A stretch of 32,000 nt of DNA from Chrysotila carterae. Its lineage: Eukaryota. The notes under the pieces were generated by a model. That model saw only the letters and a list, made by a program, of their open reading frames with translations. It made no database searches and had not been told where the DNA came from. Numbering within the stretch: position 1 is the first letter of the stretch; each line of letters begins with the position of its first letter. Shown here in pieces: positions 12,201 through 19,600 of this stretch. Where the stretch lies: contig BAAGDD010003710.1 of NCBI GenBank assembly GCA_054660715.1, forward strand, positions 170,623 to 202,622. The letters are read 5' to 3'. The position numbers and the translations under genes were made by a program.

Positions 12201-15200
12201 GCCGTCAGTACACGCAACGCTGGATACTCCAGCCGAAGCACGCGCGACATGCCCCAAAGACCACCGTGCGAGGCGCCAGAAGCTGCGCCAGGCACATCCA
12301 AGGCTGTGTAGTGTGCTGAACGCGTCAGGAGCAGCATGCATATTGGCTGCTGCGTCGAACCCATGAATGCCCTCGTCAAGAGCACAGCGTAATGCAGCGA
12401 AGCCAGCGCGAAGTGAAGGGACGGAGCCTCTTCGTGCAGGAATGACAGTGCGCAGCACGCATCGCGATGCAGGTGCTGCGTGCCCATCGACGGCTTGGCA
12501 AGACGAGACGCCTGTGCAAAGCTAGGTTGGATGACGAGCCACGAAACTGATGATTCCTGCGTGGAGCGCAGACGGGCGATGCCCACCCAGCTGGTCGAAT
12601 AACTTCCAACATGAGGTGGCGCAAGGTCCGAAGAAGCGTTCGATGCACCTACCGACCACGAGAAGCGGCGTCGCCTGTACAGCAGCTGGCGCGATTCGGA
12701 AAGTCCTGCCGATCCTTCAGAAGAATCCGAGGGAGCTCGAAGTACCGAATGAGCAATTGTTCCGCTGTAGCCAAATGAGTTGACGCCTCCCAGCCGAGAG
12801 CCAGAGACGCTGTTTGAGTGAGAGGCCATCGAAGCACATTGAGACGCAAAGTGGCCTCGGACAGACAAGGCTTCAACTGCGAGGACGTGAGGGTTCACAA
12901 CCCTAAGCTGTGCGTTTGGCACGATGCTGCCTGTCATCGCTATCACTATGCCAAGCTTGTGCAAGCCAATCATTCCCGCTGCTGGCTCTGCATGCCCCAT
13001 GTTTGCTTTCACACCCCCAATCTGCAGAACATCAAGGTCCGACTGTCGTGATTGGAGCAAGGCCTTGGCGATGGCTCCCGTCTCAATCGGATCCCCGAGA
13101 GGAGTGCCCGTTCCATGCGCCTCAAGAATCTTAATGCTATCCGCCGACACTGCTGCGCTGCGGCACGCTGCGTGTAGCAGTAGCTGCTGTGCCTGGCCAC
13201 TTGGTGCGGTCAAGCTTGCACTGCGTCCGTCTTGTCGAACAGCATCCGCGAGCAGCAGAACTGACTCGGGCATGGATGGCGCCTCACGCGACAGCACCGC
13301 TGGACAAATGGCTTCGCTTCGAGCATAGCCATCCGCACGAGCGTCGAAGGTGAATGATTTGCCGCTCGGCGATGTCATACCAGCAATGCCGACGGCAGCT
13401 GCGTTTGCCGGACTGAAGATCATGTTAACTCCGGCAACCAGCGCGCTGCGGCATTCACCAAACTCAACGTGCTGCCGCGCGCCAGAACAGGCCACGAGAC
13501 CGCTTGAGCAGGCCGTATCGTACGAGATGCAGGGCCCCTGCAGCCCAAGCACAAATGACAACCGACCGACGACAACCGAGCACGTGCTTGCGGTTGCTGC
13601 GTAGACACTCTTGCCAGCAGGAGTGCGAGAGAGCACATCTGCGTACTCACACGCCCACACGCCAACAAAGACGCCGACACCCGAACCAAGCAAGCTCGGC
13701 TTCCGCTCTCCGTGGTGACGCAGCGCAGCGTAGCCCGTCTCGAGGAGGAGACGCTGCTGCGGATCCATGACTGTAGCCTCAGCAGATGAGATGGCGAAGA
13801 AACCAGAGTCGAAGAGTTCGGCGTCGCAAAGGAATCCGCCATACTGCATGGCGGCCACTGGCACAACAGAGGGGGTTTCCCAGCGCGAAGCTGGTACCTG
13901 GCCCACCAGATCTGCGCCATGCAAGACAACCGACAGCATTTGGTCCGTCGCTGAGCCACAGTACGGTAGGCGCGCCCGCAGAGGACTGAGCGTAGCCTGC
14001 ATCTGGTTGTCGGTTTGACGTGCCACGTCTAGGACGCGCGATGCCGGCGTAGCGCTCTCTTCTTCAGCGCTTAACATTGAGGCCAGTTGTCGAGCGGTTG
14101 GGAAGTCGAAGATGAAAGTGCTTGGCAGCTTGACACTCGCTCCAGCAGCACGTTGCAGGCTATTGCGTAGCTCCACTGCCCCCAGAGAATCGAGACCTGC
14201 ATCAAGCAGGGGTGCGTCGGCGTCCACTGCCGTTCCCGCAGTGCGGCGGACGAGCTCAAGCACAGCGTCTAGAGACACACCGGCCGTAACTGCACCCGTC
14301 GCACCAAGCTGTTTTCGCACCGGTGCATTCTGCGCGTGAAGCCCGCGCCCAACAACCTGCAGGAACGGAGGCACATCATGCACTGCGCTCAGAAAGTGGC
14401 CCCAAGCTGCAGGTACTACTCCCACCACAGACGGGTGGCTCGGATGCACGACTGCTCGCATCGCAAGGAGGCCCTGCAGCGTAGAGATTTGGCCCAGCCC
14501 TGATGTCGCAGACAGCTGCGCTGTCCTCTTGGCCGCAGCGCCTCTGGTGGCCATTCCAATCTCGGACCATGCAGCCCACTGGATGCTGGTAGATGCGAGG
14601 CCTCCTTCACGCCGAAGAGTAGAAACGGCATCCAGAGCGGCATTTGCGGCGCTGTAATTGGCCTGTCCGGCACCGCCAAGCAGCGCTGAAACAGACGAGA
14701 AGAGCACACACGCGCGCAGCTGCAACTGGCTGCCCGCACCGTGCAGCAGCAATGCGCCTTGCTCCTTCGGTGCGCTCACATCTCGCAAGACCCGCGAGCT
14801 CTGATTCAATAGAAGACTGTCAGCAGTGACTCCAGCCGCATGCCACATTCCTCGTATTGGTGGCAGCTCGTGTTGCATTGCGCATAGGCGCTGATGAACA
14901 CAGCTTGCCTCCGACATGTCGAACGATTGCACAAGCACTGTGCTCTCGGCACGCCGAGCACCCAGCCACTCGTCGGCACGCATCTGAGGCGCTGCAGCCC
15001 CTCGCGAGCCAAGGACTAAGCAAGCGGCCCCTTGCTCTGCGAGCCAACCAGCTGTAAGCAAGCCGAGGCCGCGCGTGCCTCCAGACACAAAGTGTGTGCC
15101 ATCGTGCAAAACAGGTGCAGCGCCGTGGGCTACGACGTGCAGAAGCGGCACCAGACGGGCTACGCGTGGCCCTGAATGGTGCAGCAGAAGTTCAGGCTCA

Positions 15201-15805
15201 CTAGAAGCTTCCATGACAGACGCCAGCGACGAGACAACTTGAGCAGCAGAGGAGGACTGGTGGCTTTGGAGATCAACGCAGACCAATGGCAGCTGTGCCT
15301 CTGCGCGCGCCGAGCGCGCAAAGCCCCACAGGCCTCCGTGCGTCGGATCCGACGCGCACGAGCCAGCAGTCTGCTGCACTCCGCGGCACAAGAGCCACAC
15401 GGCAGGCGGGCTTGGCGTGAGTGCCTGGCGTTGCACTAAGGCGAGCACGCTGCTGAGGACCGAGAGCGAACTCGCACGCGCTCGACACAGACCGGACGCA
15501 ACGGCGACCGCCGCCCAGCTGCCGAGAGCGGCGGGCATCATGGACCGTCGAGCGCCCGCATCGACACTGCCACCTGCTGCTCCCAAATGGCTTCGCGAGG
15601 TGCAGCCGAGCAGCAGCACGCAGGCCGCGGCTGACGTCTCCGGGACGAGAGTCGAAGGCCTCCAGTCAGTGGCGTACAGGTGCTCGACGACCGCCGCGGC
15701 GCTCTTGAGACTGCGCACCTTGAAGCCGGAAAGCTGCGCACCAGACGAGCCTCGAAGACCGCCGAGCCGCACCGACATCGCGTCGGCGCCGGTCGCTGCG
15801 ACCAC
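1..15805 (-). CDS. Giant modular type I PKS, exon segment 5 (3' end outside window): KR4-ACP4-KS5-(KR-ACP-KS)x4-KR partial
   Basis: Minus frame with codon high positions = 1 mod 3. The track lists no completed minus ORF in this frame, which is expected if no stop occurs before the window edge. Hand translation at several points gives in-frame FGYSGTIAH, GIDSLAAT, SIDTACASALVAL and LTGGLGGLG. About 5268 codons. Confidence 0.9.
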   Translation of the reverse strand, partial: MVAATGADAMSVRLGGLRGSSGAQLSGFKVRSLKSAAAVVEHLYATDWRPSTLVPETSAAACVLLLGCTSRSHLGAAGGSVDAGARRSMMPAALGSWAAVAVASGLCRARASSLSVLSSVLALVQRQALTPSPPAVWLLCRGVQQTAGSCASDPTHGGLWGFARSARAEAQLPLVCVDLQSHQSSSAAQVVSSLASVMEASSEPELLLHHSGPRVARLVPLLHVVAHGAAPVLHDGTHFVSGGTRGLGLLTAGWLAEQGAACLVLGSRGAAAPQMRADEWLGARRAESTVLVQSFDMSEASCVHQRLCAMQHELPPIRGMWHAAGVTADSLLLNQSSRVLRDVSAPKEQGALLLHGAGSQLQLRACVLFSSVSALLGGAGQANYSAANAALDAVSTLRREGGLASTSIQWAAWSEIGMATRGAAAKRTAQLSATSGLGQISTLQGLLAMRAVVHPSHPSVVGVVPAAWGHFLSAVHDVPPFLQVVGRGLHAQNAPVRKQLGATGAVTAGVSLDAVLELVRRTAGTAVDADAPLLDAGLDSLGAVELRNSLQRAAGASVKLPSTFIFDFPTARQLASMLSAEEESATPASRVLDVARQTDNQMQATLSPLRARLPYCGSATDQMLSVVLHGADLVGQVPASRWETPSVVPVAAMQYGGFLCDAELFDSGFFAISSAEATVMDPQQRLLLETGYAALRHHGERKPSLLGSGVGVFVGVWACEYADVLSRTPAGKSVYAATASTCSVVVGRLSFVLGLQGPCISYDTACSSGLVACSGARQHVEFGECRSALVAGVNMIFSPANAAAVGIAGMTSPSGKSFTFDARADGYARSEAICPAVLSREAPSMPESVLLLADAVRQDGRSASLTAPSGQAQQLLLHAACRSAAVSADSIKILEAHGTGTPLGDPIETGAIAKALLQSRQSDLDVLQIGGVKANMGHAEPAAGMIGLHKLGIVIAMTGSIVPNAQLRVVNPHVLAVEALSVRGHFASQCASMASHSNSVSGSRLGGVNSFGYSGTIAHSVLRAPSDSSEGSAGLSESRQLLYRRRRFSWSVGASNASSDLAPPHVGSYSTSWVGIARLRSTQESSVSWLVIQPSFAQASRLAKPSMGTQHLHRDACCALSFLHEEAPSLHFALASLHYAVLLTRAFMGSTQQPICMLLLTRSAHYTALDVPGAASGASHGGLWGMSRVLRLEYPALRVLTADAPRGADIEAVLAASRQVGMMSASSPSQDTREVELSMNAAARVRVMRLRRCPVSMLSASSHEPAVLAAYKSTFVLTGGLGGLGLRAASLLSELGAATVILSSRSVQITRDGQGLQPQLDALLKLPQVRVQLIPTHLGDREDTRSLLLAAGRDLVCVLHAAGVLRDKLLRSVSAADLRAVSFPKAAGASCLHHSLAHRPLESLVLFSSIASLLGNVGQASYAAANSCLDSLAETRCAHGIVGASIGIPAVAGAGMGAATFDAKQLEAGGAISLDHFAQALWATLAPALAASRPRAVRAPLSRAFEQRLGLAAISAVADFERDDGSQRLATTVPERKTRTALEQTLESVPRAQHQSRVEAMVVSTLSDLAGAQSEPISAETPLMQAGIDSLAATEFSSRLRSLTGAPLSPTLIFEYPTARAIALHLLELVSAASEQPAPAAVAVRALPDGSCVPSVTGVSGRWPGGCARSVPRWLLLCASGDAISGVPSSRWRLETLVDVHTLSETQALCVRHGGFVDGAQWFDNGAFGVSPAEAAAIDPQQRLLLEVGYEALHGAGHRRAVLSGGDAGVFLGIERPDWAQVQSAAARSSVYAVTGDNVSVAAGRLSFALGLHGPCASIDTACASALVALHAASLAVSGDECGKALALAVSLKLSPQSTLGAAAAGMLSVDGRCKTLDARANGYVRSEAVGAATLLASAPAALQLCGSAVRQDGRSASLTAPNGSAQRTLLLAALGRAALAAEQVASIEAHGTGTALGDPTEAGSMQAVYGARARAFALSVGACKANVGHAEAASGQVGLLRVQSQLANRLCSPNSQLRELNELIGERFGEAAAAFLLPIQTTQADGAMDACGLSSFGYSGTIAHSVLRAPSDSSGGSAGLSESRQLLYRRRRFSWSVGALNASSDLAPPHVGSYSTSWVGIGRLRSTQESSVSWLVIQPSFAQASRLAKPSMGTQHLHRDACCALSFLHEEAPSLHFALASLHYAVLLTRAFMGSTQQPICMLLLTRSAHYTALDVPGAASGASHGGLWGMSRVLRLEYPALRILTADAPRGAGIEAVLAASRQVGMMSASSPSQDTREAELSMNAAARVRVMRLRRCPVSMPSASSHEPAVLAAYKSTFVLTGGLGGLGLRAASLLSELGAATVILSSRSVQITRDGQGLQPQLDALLKLPQVRVQLIPTHLGDREDTRSLLLAAGRDLVCVLHAAGVLRDKLLRSVSAADLRAVFFPKAAGASCLHHSLAHRPLESLVLFSSIASLLGNVGQASYAAANSCLDSLAETRCAHGIVGASIGIPAVAGAGMGAATFDAKQLEAGGAISLDHFAQALWATLAPALAASRPRAVRAPLSRAFEQRLGLAAISAVADFERDDGSQRLATTVPERKTRTALEQTLESVPRAQHQSRVEAMVVSTLSDLAGAQSEPISAETPLMQAGIDSLAATEFSSRLRSLTGAPLSPTLIFEYPTARAIALHLLELVSAASEQPAPAAVAVRALPDGSCVPSVTGVSGRWPGGCARSVPRWLLLCASGDAVSGVPSSRWRLETLVDVHTLSETQALCVRHGGFVDGAQWFDNGAFGVSPAEAAAIDPQQRLLLEVGYEALHGAGQRRAVLSGGDAGVFLGIERPDWAQVQSAAARSSVYAVTGDNVSVAAGRLSFALGLHGPCASIDTACASALVALHAASLAVSGDECGKALALAVSLKLSPQSTLGAAAAGMLSVDGRCKTLDARANGYVRSEAVGAATLLASAPAALQLCGSAVRQDGRSASLTAPNGSAQRTLLLAALGRAALAAEQVASIEAHGTGTALGDPTEAGSMQAVYGARARAFALSVGACKANVGHAEAASGQVGLLRVQSQLANRLCSPNSQLRELNELIGERFGEAAAAFLLPIQTTQADGAMDACGLSSFGYSGTIAHSVLRAPSDSSGGSAGLSESRQLLYRRRRFSWSVGASDASSDLAPPHVGSYLTSWVGIGRLRSTQESSVSWLVIQPSFAQASRLAKPSMGTQHLHRDACCALSFLHEVAPSLHFALASLHYAVLLTRAFMGSTQQPICMLLLTRSAHYTALDVPGAASGASHGGLWGMSRVLRLEYPALRILTADAPRGAGIEAVLAASRQVGMMSASSPSQDTREAELSMNAAARVRVMRLRRCPVSMPSASSHEPAVLAAYKSTFVLTGGLGGLGLRAASLLSELGAATVILSSRSVQITRDGQGLQPQLDALLKLPQVRVQLIPTHLGDREDTRSLLLAAGRDLVCVLHAAGVLRDKLLRSVSAADLRAVSFPKAAGASCLHHSLAHRPLESLVLFSSIASLLGNVGQASYAAANSCLDSLAETRCAHGIVGASIGIPAVAGAGMGAATFDAKQLEAGGAISLDHFAQALWATLAPALAASRPRAVRAPLSRAFEQRLGLAAISAVADFERDDGSQRLATTVPERKTRTALEQTLESIPRAQHQSRVEAMVVSTLSDLAGAQSEPISAETPLMQAGIDSLAATEFSSRLRSLTGAPLSPTLIFEYPTARAIALHLLELVSAASEQPAPAAVAVRALPDGSRVPSVTGVSGRWPGGCARSVPRWLLLCASGDAISGVPSSRWRLETLVDVHTLSETQALCVRHGGFVDGAQWFDNGAFGVSPAEAAAIDPQQRLLLEVGYEALHGAGQRRAVLSGGDAGVFLGIERPDWAQVQSAAARSSVYAVTGDNVSVAAGRLSFALGLHGPCASIDTACASALVALHAASLAVSGDECGKALALAVSLKLSPQSTLGAAAAGMLSVDGRCKTLDARANGYVRSEAVGAATLLASAPAALQLCGSAVRQDGRSASLTAPNGSAQRTLLLAALGRAALAAEQVASIEAHGTGTALGDPTEAGSMQAVYGARARAFALSVGACKANVGHAEAASGQVGLLRVQSQLANRLCSPNSQLRVLNELISERFGEAAAAFLLPTQTTQAGGAMDVCGLSSFGYSGTIAHGVLRVPFLAGSSYAILHLSFLGYIRRCFSWRQNGLTEQPFRRSTQHSLYISSWMKSAVMLESSSPQAPWLVLQQLRQTTCLSVLHRPSLISEGSQRRALALVLGNNATSLPSLLALQSIVELLRELLRAPRPGCLLVLTLGSQSANLCCPAGSSAAAHGGCWGLLRVLRLEHPTMHILSADVSCGSELTGAILSTHFASACLLDTNVQAVHETEIAWNANNVRCVLRLRRSRSLSSLHSSSPLTGTQRDSTYLITGGLGGLGLHAASLILSVGFSRVLLISRTGRLSKQQALGAGITHSQRDQLVCRGVDAADASDVLASVRLSAPVSGLLHAAGNSHRGLSSGLRLKQFQEASSSKAGACFLYHAAMQSLPLETFVCYSSVASGIGNVGQGTYAAANAFLDSLMRSRSAHGNVGQAFQWPLVEGAGMGADLAAGVQLMAQKYRGLFSIQLQEYAACLKQFLFTDFGLQSKVVVVHAHSISTFMNDVQDSMQLRFEELQGAATKDSLQSTTPQLKLFESGILHVPLAQRQATVEAQVLSTLRDLAGAQSEPISAETPLMQAGIDSLAATEFSSRLRSLTGAPLSPTLIFEYPTARAIALHLLELVSAASEQPAPAAVAVNALPDGSCVPSVSGVSGRWPGGCARSVPRWLLLCASGDAVSGVPSSRWRLETLVDVHTLSETQALCVRHGGFVDGAQWFDNGAFGVSPAEAAAIDPQQRLLLEVGYEALHGAGQRRAVLSGGDAGVFLGIERPDWAQVQSAAARSSVYAVTGDNVSVAAGRLSFALGLHGPCASIDTACASALVALHAASLAVSGDECGKALALAVSLKLSPQSTLGAAAAGMLSVDGRCKTLDARANGYVRSEAVGAATLLASVPAALQLCGSAVRQDGRSASLTAPNGSAQRTLLLAALGRAALAAEQVASIEAHGTGTALGDPTEAGSMQAVYGARARAFALSVGACKANVGHAEAASGQVGLLRVQSQLANRLCSPNSQLRVLNELISERFGKAAAAFLLPIQTTQADGAMDVCGLSSFGYSGTIAHSVLRAPSDSSGGSAGLSESRQLLYRRRRFSWSVGASDASSDLAPPHVGSYSTSWVGIGRLRSTQESSVSWL
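205..1449 (-). other. KS9 domain
   Basis: SIDTACASALVAL (Cys codon 941-943), FGYSGTIAHSVL ending near 210-245. Confidence 0.92.
1534..1744 (-). other. ACP8 domain
   Basis: GIDSLAA, Ser codon 1640-1642. Confidence 0.9.
2040..3120 (-). other. KR8 domain, divergent from KR5-7
   Basis: Hand translation: HGGCWGLLRVLRLEHP, YLITGGLGGLGLHAASLI, LHAAGNSHRG, CYSSVASGIGNVGQGTYAAANAFLDS; open frame and catalytic Ser/Tyr/Asn retained. Confidence 0.85.
3325..4569 (-). other. KS8 domain
   Basis: SIDTACASALVAL (Cys codon 4061-4063), SSFGYSGTIAHGVL. Confidence 0.92.
4654..4864 (-). other. ACP7 domain
   Basis: GIDSLAATEF, Ser codon 4760-4762. Confidence 0.9.
5144..6224 (-). other. KR7 domain
   Basis: 3138-bp repeat copy of KR5/KR6. 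Confidence 0.88.
6466..7707 (-). other. KS7 domain
   Basis: SIDTACASALVAL (Cys codon 7199-7201). Confidence 0.92.
7792..8002 (-). other. ACP6 domain
   Basis: GIDSLAATEF, Ser codon 7898-7900. Confidence 0.9.
8282..9362 (-). other. KR6 domain
   Basis: 3138-bp repeat copy of KR5. Confidence 0.88.
9604..10845 (-). other. KS6 domain
   Basis: GVSGRWPGG, SIDTACASALVALHA (Cys codon 10337-10339), EAHGTGTALGDPTE, CKANVGHAEAASG. Confidence 0.92.
10930..11140 (-). other. ACP5 domain
   Basis: PLMQAGIDSLAATEFSSRL, Ser codon 11036-11038. Confidence 0.9.
11420..12500 (-). other. KR5 domain
   Basis: GASHGGLWGMSRVLRLEYP, LTGGLGGLGLRAAS, VLFSSIASLLGNVGQASYAAANSCLD. Confidence 0.88.
12745..13985 (-). other. 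KS5 domain
   Basis: DTACSSGLVAC (Cys codon 13508-13510); near-identical to KS4. Confidence 0.93.
14076..14291 (-). other. ACP4 domain
   Basis: AGLDSLGAVELRN, Ser codon 14186-14188. Confidence 0.92.
14395..15780 (-). other. KR4 domain including structural subdomain
   Basis: Near-identical copy of KR3 at offset 4054. Confidence 0.88.
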
Positions 15806-15932
15806 CTGCGTGCGCACATCCGCAACACGCCATCCGCGTTATCCGCAAAGACACCGACACAAGAAGTAGCGCTCCATCGACATGCTATTCACATGCATGC
15901 TGCAAGCAACGCGAGGGGCGTCACGGGCGCAC
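15806..15932 (-). other. Spliceosomal intron 4 (127 nt, phase 0)
   Basis: Appears identical to intron 3 at offset 4054; same GTGCGC donor, CGCAG acceptor and in-frame TGA. Confidence 0.87.
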
Positions 15933-16640
15933 CGTCCACAGCTCTCCAGCAGCATCACCAAGCACTGCAGTGTCGACCGCAAACGGCAAGCGCGTCTCGC
16001 TGCTGCCATCGCCGGCTCGGCCTGCACTGCTGCGGCTCATCGCAAGCATCGTCAGCTGCAGTGCGCCATCGAGGTCCGCAGGGTGCACGCAGGTACCTTC
16101 GCGACGTGCGCGCGGTCGCAGTCTCGCGACTGCGGAGCCCGCAGAGCTGCGAGCAGCCCACAACTGCGTCAGCACCTGGAACGCCTGTCCGTATTCGAGA
16201 CCGAGGGAGTGGAACGCGGCGTACACGACACGCGGCGCGACCGCGTGCGCGCCTCGACAGGCACGCGACCAACCGCTCAGTGGACACACACTCAGTGCGT
16301 CTGCACGTGCCGCCGCCATGGTGCCAGTGCAATGGACGGTGGCTTCGGAGAGCGCATCTGCCTCAAGGACGCCGCTGCGCAGCTCAAATCGGCCGTCGAC
16401 CGCTTCGCACTCAAGGTACTTGCCATCGGAAACCAGAAAGGGCTGCAGGAAGAACACGCCACTGAGACTCGCTCTAGCGCTGCCGTCGCCAAAAGGCGAC
16501 CTCGCGTTTTTGCTCTGTCCGGCAGAGTAGAGCGCACGCGCCGTTTCCAAGTAGCCTGCGCCGGGGAAGACCACCTGGCCCGACACCACGTGGTCGTGGA
16601 CCAGCGCGAACAGCTGACCAGCGCATGCGGATCGGTAACA
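15933..16640 (-). other. DH4 domain
   Basis: HVVSGQVVFPGAGYLE, DLDGALQ; near-identical to DH3. Confidence 0.88.
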
Positions 16641-19600
16641 CATCGTTTCTGGCTGCGCCGCCACCTCAAGCCTTGCATGGAGGGCTGGATGGGCATCTTG
16701 CACCCATGGGAGACGTGCGCGCAAAAAGCGTACCTCAAAGATGCTAGACGCATGATCAACGCTTCTCGTAGATGGCGAGAAATCGTGCGAGGTGAGCAAG
16801 GCGTGCGCAATGGTCCCGCTATAGCCAAACGAGCTGACGCCTCCCAGCCGAGTGCCAGAGACGCTGTTTGAGTGAGAGGCCATCGAAGCACATTGAGACG
16901 CAAAGTGGCCTCGGACAGACAAGGCTTCAACTGCGAGGACGTGAGGGTTCACAACCCTAAGCTGTGCGTTTGGCACGATGCTGCCTGTCATCGCTATCAC
17001 TATGCCAAGCTTGTGCAAGCCAATCATTCCCGCTGCTGGCTCTGCATGCCCCATGTTTGCTTTCACACCCCCAATCTGCAGAACATCAAGGTCCGACTGT
17101 CGTGATTGGAGCAAGGCCTTGGCGATGGCTCCCGTCTCAATCGGATCCCCGAGAGGAGTGCCCGTTCCATGCGCCTCAAGAATCTCAATGCTATCCGCCG
17201 ACACTGCTGCGCTGCGGCACGCTGCGTGTAGCAGTAGCTGCTGTGCCTGGCCACTTGGTGCGGTCAAGCTTGCACTGCGTCCGTCTTGTCGAACAGCATC
17301 CGCGAGCAGCAGAACTGACTCGGGCTTGGAATGCTCCTCACACGACAGCACCGCCGGACAAATGGCTTCGCTTCGAGCATAGCCATCTGCACGAGCGTCG
17401 AACGTGAATGATTTGCCGCTCGGCGATGTCATACCAGCAATGCCAACAATGGCTGCATTTGCCGGACTGAAGATCATGTTAACTCCGGCAACCAGCGCGC
17501 TGCGGCATTCACCAAACGCAACGTGCTGCCGCGCGCCAGAACAGGCCACGAGACCGCTTGAGCAGGCCGTATCGTACGAGATGCAGGGCCCCTGCAGCCC
17601 AAGCACAAATGACAACCGACCGACGACAACCGAGCACGTGCTTGCGGTTGCTGCGTAGACACTCTTGCCAGCAGGAGTGCGAGAGAGCACATCTGCGTAC
17701 TCACACGCCCACACGCCAACAAAGACGCCGACACCCGAACCAAGCAAGCTCGGCTTCCGCTCCCCGTGGTGACGCAGCGCAGCGTAGCCCGTCTCGAGGA
17801 GGAGACGCTGCTGCGGATCCATGACTGTAGCCTCAGCAGATGAGATGGCGAAGAAACCAGAGTCGAAGAGTTCGGCGTCGCAAAGGAATCCGCCATACTG
17901 CATGGCGGCCACTGGCACAACAGAGGGGGTTTCCCAGCGCGAAGCTGGTACCTGGCCCACCAGATCTGCGCCATGCAAGACAACCGACAGCATTTGGTCC
18001 GTCGCTGAGCCACAGTACGGTAGGCGCGCCCGCAGAGGACTGAGCGTAGCCTGCATCTGGTTGTCGGTTTGACGTGCCACGTCTAGGACGCGCGATGCCG
18101 GCGTAGCGCTCTCTTCTTCAGCGCTTAACATTGAGGCCAGTTGTCGAGCGGTTGGGAAGTCGAAGATGAGAGTGCTTGGCAGCTTGACGCTCTCTCCGGC
18201 AGCTCGTTGCAGGCTGTTCCGTAGCTCCACTGCCCCCAGAGAATCGAGACCTGCATCAAGCAGGGGTGCGTCGGCGTCCACTGCCGTTCCCGCAGTGCGG
18301 CGGACGAGCTCAAGCACAGCGTCTAGAGACACACCGGCCGTAACTGCACCCGTCGCACCAAGCTGTTTTCGCACCAATGCATTCTGCGCGTGAAGCCCGC
18401 GCCCAACAACCTGCAGGAACGGAGGCACATCATGCACTGCGCTCAGAAAGTGGCCCCAAGCTGCAGGTACTACTCCCACCACAGACGGGTGGCTCGGATG
18501 CACGACTGCTCGCATCGCAAGGAGGCCCTGCAGCGTAGAGATTTGGCCCAGCCCTGATGTCGCAGACAGCTGCGCTGTCCTCTTGGCCGCAGCGCCTCTG
18601 GTGGCCATTCCAATCTCGGACCATGCAGCCCACTGGATGCTGGTAGATGCGAGGCCTCCTTCACGCCGAAGAGTAGAAACGGCATCCAGAGCGGCATTTG
18701 CGGCGCTGTAATTGGCCTGTCCGGCACCGCCAAGCAGCGCTGAAACAGACGAGAAGAGCACATACGCGCGCAGCTGCAACTGGCTGCCCGCACCGTGCAG
18801 CAGCAATGCGCCTTGCTCCTTCGGTGCGCTCACATCTCGCAAGACCCGCGAGCTCTGATTCAATAGAAGACTGTCAGCAGTGACTCCAGCCGCATGCCAC
18901 ATTCCTCGTATTGGTGGCAGCTCGTGTTGCATTGCGCATAGGCGCTGATGAACACAGCTTGCCTCCGACATGTCGAACGATTGCACAAGCACTGTGCTCT
19001 CGGCACGCCGAGCACCCAGCCACTCGTCGGCACGCATCTGAGGCGCTGCAGCCCCTCGCGAGCCAAGGACTAAGCAAGCGGCCCCTTGCTCTGCGAGCCA
19101 ACCAGCTGTAAGCAAGCCGAGGCCGCGCGTGCCTCCAGACACAAAGTGTGTGCCATCGTGCAAAACAGGTGCAGCGCTGTGAGCTACGACGTGCAGAAGC
19201 GGCACCAGACGGGCTACGCGTGGCCCTGAATGGTGCAGCAGAAGTTCAGGCTCACTAGAAGCTTCCATGACAGACGCCAGCGACGAGACAACTTGAGCAG
19301 CAGAGGAGGACTGGTGGCTTTGGAGATCAACGCAGACCAATGGCAGCTGTGCCTCTGCGCGCGCCGAGCGCGCAAAGCCCCACAGGCCTCCGTGCGTCGG
19401 ATCCGACGCGCACGAGCCAGCAGTCTGCTGCACTCCGCGGCACAAGAGCCACACGGCAGGCGGGCTTGGCGTGAGTGCCTGGCGTTGCACTAAGGCGAGC
19501 ACGCTGCTGAGGACCGAGAGCGAACTCACACGCGCTCGACACAGACCGGACACAACGGCGACCGCCGCCCAGCTGCCGAGAGCGGCGGGCATCATGGACC

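Larger units (their letters stand above)
3361..12774. repeat. Three consecutive near-identical 3138-bp tandem units (3361-6498, 6499-9636, 9637-12774), each encoding KR-ACP-KS (1046 codons)
   Basis: Track ORF families recur at exactly +3138 (e.g. 3481/6619/9757, 3560/6698/9836, 6274/9412/12550) with nearly identical translations; direct base comparison agrees. Confidence 0.97.
12775..16637. repeat. Tandem duplicate, copy 2, of DH-intron-KR-ACP-KS (partner 16829-20691, offset 4054)
   Basis: Track ORFs recur at +4054 (12818/16872, 14806/18860, 15176/19230, 15955/20009); introns included. Confidence 0.95.

Noticed and set aside
3361-12774. Transposon or satellite array as explanation for the 3.1-kb tandem repeats
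   Set aside because: The repeat unit is a multiple of 3, keeps the reading frame and encodes complete KR-ACP-KS domains. No transposase, terminal inverted repeats or target-site duplications seen.
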